Positions 61,106 through 64,000 of a stretch of DNA of 64,000 bases are shown piece after piece. The DNA lies in NCBI GenBank assembly GCA_947038175.1, contig CAMQVJ010000002.1, forward strand, positions 11,246 to 75,245, in the 5' to 3' direction. A program made the translations under genes and the position numbers. Within the stretch, counting starts at the first letter, position 1. Every line of letters begins with the position of its first letter. A model generated the notes under the pieces. The model was not told the origin of the DNA, made no database searches, and saw nothing but the letters and a program-made list of their open reading frames with translations. This DNA comes from an uncultured Desulfovibrio sp. (GTDB taxonomy: Bacteria > Desulfobacterota > Desulfovibrionia > Desulfovibrionales > Desulfovibrionaceae).

Positions 61106-63232
61106 ATGAGTCACTTTATACTTGAAATCGGAACAGAAGAATTACCTGCGCGCTTTCTAAGCTCAGTGGAAAAAGAATTAGTCACTCGCTTTAGCGAAAA
61201 ACTAGACGAACTCAAATTATCCTATAAATCCATAGAATCCCATAGCACACCTCGTCGTTGCATATTACACATATATGACCTTGAAAAAATACAAGAAAAA
61301 CACGAAGAAATTGCCATGGGGCCTTCTGTTAATATCGCCTACGGTGCAGACGGAAATCTCACAAAAGCAGGAGAAGGCTTTGTTCGTGGACAAAAAGCCT
61401 CCCTTGATGATATTTTCAAAACAAGCAATGAAAAAGGTGAATATATAGCCGTTCGCAAACAAGTTGGCGGTAAAATGGCAACAGAAGTTTTGGCGGAAAT
61501 TTGCCCTCTCATCATAAACGCACTCCCATTTCCAAAACGTATGCGCTGGGGCAAAGAATCCTTCGCCTATGCAAGACCATTGCATTGGATTGTCGCTATG
61601 CTTGACGATGAACCTATCAAATTCACCGTTGGAAAAATCGAATCCTCAACTCAAACGTTTGGACACCGTATCCATGGTATTGGTCCATTCAATGTTAAAC
61701 ACGCTGACGAGCTTGAAACATTACTCTTTGAAAAAAGCCAAATCGTTTGCGATGCAAAAAAACGAAGGGCTATTATAATTCAGGATAGTGATAAAGCAGC
61801 ACATGAACTTCAAAGCGATGCCTCTATCATATGGAATGAAAGACTTCTCGATGAAGTGCAAGGCCTCGTGGAAAAACCAGTGCCTCTCATCGGTAACTTT
61901 GAAAATGACTTTTTAGAACTTCCAAAAGAAGTTTTGCTCACAAGCATGGAACATCACCAAAAATGCTTTGGGCTTGAAGACGCAAATAAAGCCCTTTTAC
62001 CAAAATTTCTCACCGTTCTTAATATTGAGCCAGAAAGCAGGGAAGTTGTACGTGAAGGTTGGGAACGTGTCTTACGTGCTCGCCTTGAAGACGCACGCTT
62101 CTACTGGAAAGAAGATTTAAAAGATGGCTTTTCTCAATGGTTAGAAATGCTTGATAAAGTTATCTTTCTAGGCCCTTTAGGCTCAATGGGCGATAAATCT
62201 CGTCGTCTTGAAAAACTCTGCGGCTGGCTTGCAGAAAAGATTGACCTCAAAAGTAAAACAAAACTTGATAACGCCATCGAACTCGCACAACGTGCAGGAC
62301 GTTTTTCAAAAGCGGATCTTATGTCAAAAATGGTGGGCGAATTCGACACCTTACAAGGCATAATGGGCGGTATCTACGCTCAAAAAGATGGTTTTGAAGC
62401 TCCTTACACCACAGCCCTACGTGAACAATATTTGCCAACAGGCCCAGAAAGCATGTTGCCATCAAACGATTTAGGCGCAATTCTCTCCATTTCTGACAAA
62501 GTAGATACACTCATCGGTTGCTTTGGGCTTGGCAATATCCCAACAGGAACAGCCGACCCCTACGCACTTCGACGTGCAGCTCTTGGTATTTCAAGAATAT
62601 TAATAGAATACGGTTATCAAATTTCCCTCTCTGAATTATTTGAAAAAGCCTATTCCTTCTATTCACCCGAAATCAAATGGAAATTCAAAAAAGAAGAAAC
62701 CCTTGAAAAAGTAAGTGAATTTTGCGCCGCACGACTCAAAAACCTCTTTGTAGGTGAAGGCTCAGAAACCCTAGTGGCAGAAGCCATTATGAGCGCAAAA
62801 GACAAAGGCAAACTTGAATCAGACATGATTTGGGAAACAGCGCAACGTCTCAACGCTCTAAAAGAAGCAATGACGCAAGCGGATTTTGCCGACAATGCAC
62901 AAGCACTCAAGCGCATCACAAATATACTCGCAAAATCAACAAGCACCCTTGCCGATTCCTTCAGCGAGTCCCTATTTGAAGCCGATTGTGAACACGCTCT
63001 TGGAAAATCCATCAAGGAATTTGCAACTGAATTTGATAAGCACTGGAACAACCACGCATACAATCAAGTTATGCCACTCATGAACAAAGTGCTTCCTCAA
63101 CTAGAAGCATTCTTTGAAGGCGTTATGATTATGGCAGAAGATGAAAAAGTTCGCCAAAATCGCATGAACATGCTCTCTATACTCATGACTCGCATGGGTA
63201 AATTAGCCGACTTCGCCGTTTTACAAATGTAA
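61106..63232 (+). CDS. glyS: Glycyl-tRNA synthetase beta subunit
   Basis: LEIGTEELPA N-terminus, 708 aa, follows glyQ. Confidence 0.95.
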   Translation: MSHFILEIGTEELPARFLSSVEKELVTRFSEKLDELKLSYKSIESHSTPRRCILHIYDLEKIQEKHEEIAMGPSVNIAYGADGNLTKAGEGFVRGQKASLDDIFKTSNEKGEYIAVRKQVGGKMATEVLAEICPLIINALPFPKRMRWGKESFAYARPLHWIVAMLDDEPIKFTVGKIESSTQTFGHRIHGIGPFNVKHADELETLLFEKSQIVCDAKKRRAIIIQDSDKAAHELQSDASIIWNERLLDEVQGLVEKPVPLIGNFENDFLELPKEVLLTSMEHHQKCFGLEDANKALLPKFLTVLNIEPESREVVREGWERVLRARLEDARFYWKEDLKDGFSQWLEMLDKVIFLGPLGSMGDKSRRLEKLCGWLAEKIDLKSKTKLDNAIELAQRAGRFSKADLMSKMVGEFDTLQGIMGGIYAQKDGFEAPYTTALREQYLPTGPESMLPSNDLGAILSISDKVDTLIGCFGLGNIPTGTADPYALRRAALGISRILIEYGYQISLSELFEKAYSFYSPEIKWKFKKEETLEKVSEFCAARLKNLFVGEGSETLVAEAIMSAKDKGKLESDMIWETAQRLNALKEAMTQADFADNAQALKRITNILAKSTSTLADSFSESLFEADCEHALGKSIKEFATEFDKHWNNHAYNQVMPLMNKVLPQLEAFFEGVMIMAEDEKVRQNRMNMLSILMTRMGKLADFAVLQM

Positions 63233-63257
63233 CATATAAAATATAGCCTTATGAAAA

Positions 63258-63289
63258 AGCCACTTGCGTTACAACAAGTGGCTTTTTTT
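63258..63289 (+). terminator. Intrinsic terminator of glyQS
   Basis: AGCCACTTG-CGTTACAA-CAAGTGGCT followed by T7. Confidence 0.85.
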
Positions 63290-63311
63290 ATTTCTTTTTC
63301 TTCTCTTTTTA

Positions 63312-63436
63312 TTTTTTTTGGGGAGTTGAACTCCCCAAACCCCACATTTCTTTATCAAACTTTGTTTGAAAAAGTGAGATTTATTACAAGATGTGTCTTG
63401 CTTAGTTAATATTCAAACTCCGTTTGAAATAGTGAG
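63312..63436. repeat. Mosaic intergenic repeat, copy G (T-run, H1 GGGGAGTTGAACTCCCC, M2 core duplicated with a 58-bp period)
   Basis: H1 at 63320..63336. TCAAACTTTGTTTGAAAAAGTGAG (63355..63378) and TCAAACTCCGTTTGAAATAGTGAG (63413..63436) match each other 21/24 and resemble the M2 core of copy D. Confidence 0.7.
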
Positions 63437-63447
63437 CTTGTTAAGAA

Positions 63448-63517
63448 AAATACAGTTCTAGATAGTAAAAAACAGCCATCAAATTAGGGCTGTTTTTTAC
63501 TATCTAGAACTGTATTT
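63448..63517. repeat. Perfect 30-bp-arm inverted repeat (10-nt loop), possibly a strong terminator for the convergent - strand gene
   Basis: AAATACAGTTCTAGATAGTAAAAAACAGCC (63448..63477) is the exact reverse complement of 63488..63517. Confidence 0.9.
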
Positions 63518-63544
63518 GCGGAGTCAATTATTTTGGAACTTTAT

Positions 63545-63994
63545 CTATTTCGTCTGCTTGGATAGGGATGTCAAGTCGAAAACGTGCTCTGTTGGAACTT
63601 TATCTATTTTAACATCTTGTTTAATACCAAGTTTAAAAAGATGTCTATTTTGCTTTGCCACTTCAGAGACCATTTCTTGAATATGTTTTGGAACATCTAA
63701 TGTCCTTTCTATACTCTTTTCCTTGACCATTTTATTATAAACTAAACATTCAATTTGTTTTTCTTGATAATCGACAAGCATTGAATTAGTAAATATTTGT
63801 AATTCTGTATAAAATTCGATATCCTCTTTATTACCCTTTGTGATCCTCAAAGGAATACTAAATTTATTATAATTAGCTACCAATGTTTTTGTAACAACAT
63901 CACTAGGAAGAGGATTCTTATATTCAAAATTAGGGCGGTTATTTAGTAATATTGCAGAATATAGTGATGGGTTAATTATACACTTGTTTACCAT
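63545..63994 (-). CDS. Hypothetical protein (149 aa), no recognised family
   Basis: ORF only. It lies at the window edge, so the upstream context is unseen. Confidence 0.4.
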   Translation of the reverse strand: MVNKCIINPSLYSAILLNNRPNFEYKNPLPSDVVTKTLVANYNKFSIPLRITKGNKEDIEFYTELQIFTNSMLVDYQEKQIECLVYNKMVKEKSIERTLDVPKHIQEMVSEVAKQNRHLFKLGIKQDVKIDKVPTEHVFDLTSLSKQTK

Positions 63995-64000
63995 ATCATG

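Overview
AT-rich Gram-negative chromosomal segment made up almost entirely of housekeeping genes. Gene content and order look like a Desulfovibrionaceae-type genome with AT-biased, reduced-genome traits. Supporting cues are leuS-lptE-holA, a sigma-54/NtrC two-component system, an FmdE-MoeA-type fusion, an FmdB zinc ribbon and a two-domain PPK2. A Lawsonia-like organism is only a guess and cannot be verified from this window. I call about 58 protein genes, including a dCMP deaminase-ribD-ribE-ribBA-ribH-nusB operon, leuS-lptE-holA-radC, lon, a zraP/zraSR-like module, ppk2, hemC and a Lon-like protease with NfeD and SPFH. Further calls are Moco-related genes, rumA-like, hslU, macAB, cobB, tetR, rsmE-rarA, plsC, rsmG, mdtJI, tsaC, ilvBN-recO-glyQS and one tRNA-Phe. 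I saw no rRNA, CRISPR array, transposase, integrase or recognisable defence system. The most unusual signal is non-coding: at least 7 copies of a modular, hairpin-rich intergenic repeat whose modules occur in different orders and orientations (BIME/REPIN-like). Two copies are about 99% identical over 98 bp and bracket the riboflavin-nusB operon as inverted repeats. One copy is flanked by a 29-bp direct repeat, one supplies the stop codon of nusB, and one internal hairpin shows a compensatory base-pair change between copies. Secondary observations are listed here.
- A (TAA)14 microsatellite sits exactly at the lon stop codon.
- A textbook sigma-54 promoter precedes a His/Met-rich ZraP/CpxP-like gene.
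- Lys-rich repetitive tails occur on Lon, PPK2 and a Lon-like protease.
- Low-complexity inserts occur inside conserved enzymes.
- A tRNA-Phe-flanking accessory stretch carries a nucleoside-2-deoxyribosyltransferase-like gene coupled to mdtJI, plus a roughly 580-aa ORFan divergent from a GAF-only protein.
- A 30-bp perfect palindrome lies near the window end.
All coordinates and identities come from hand alignment and no database search was possible.
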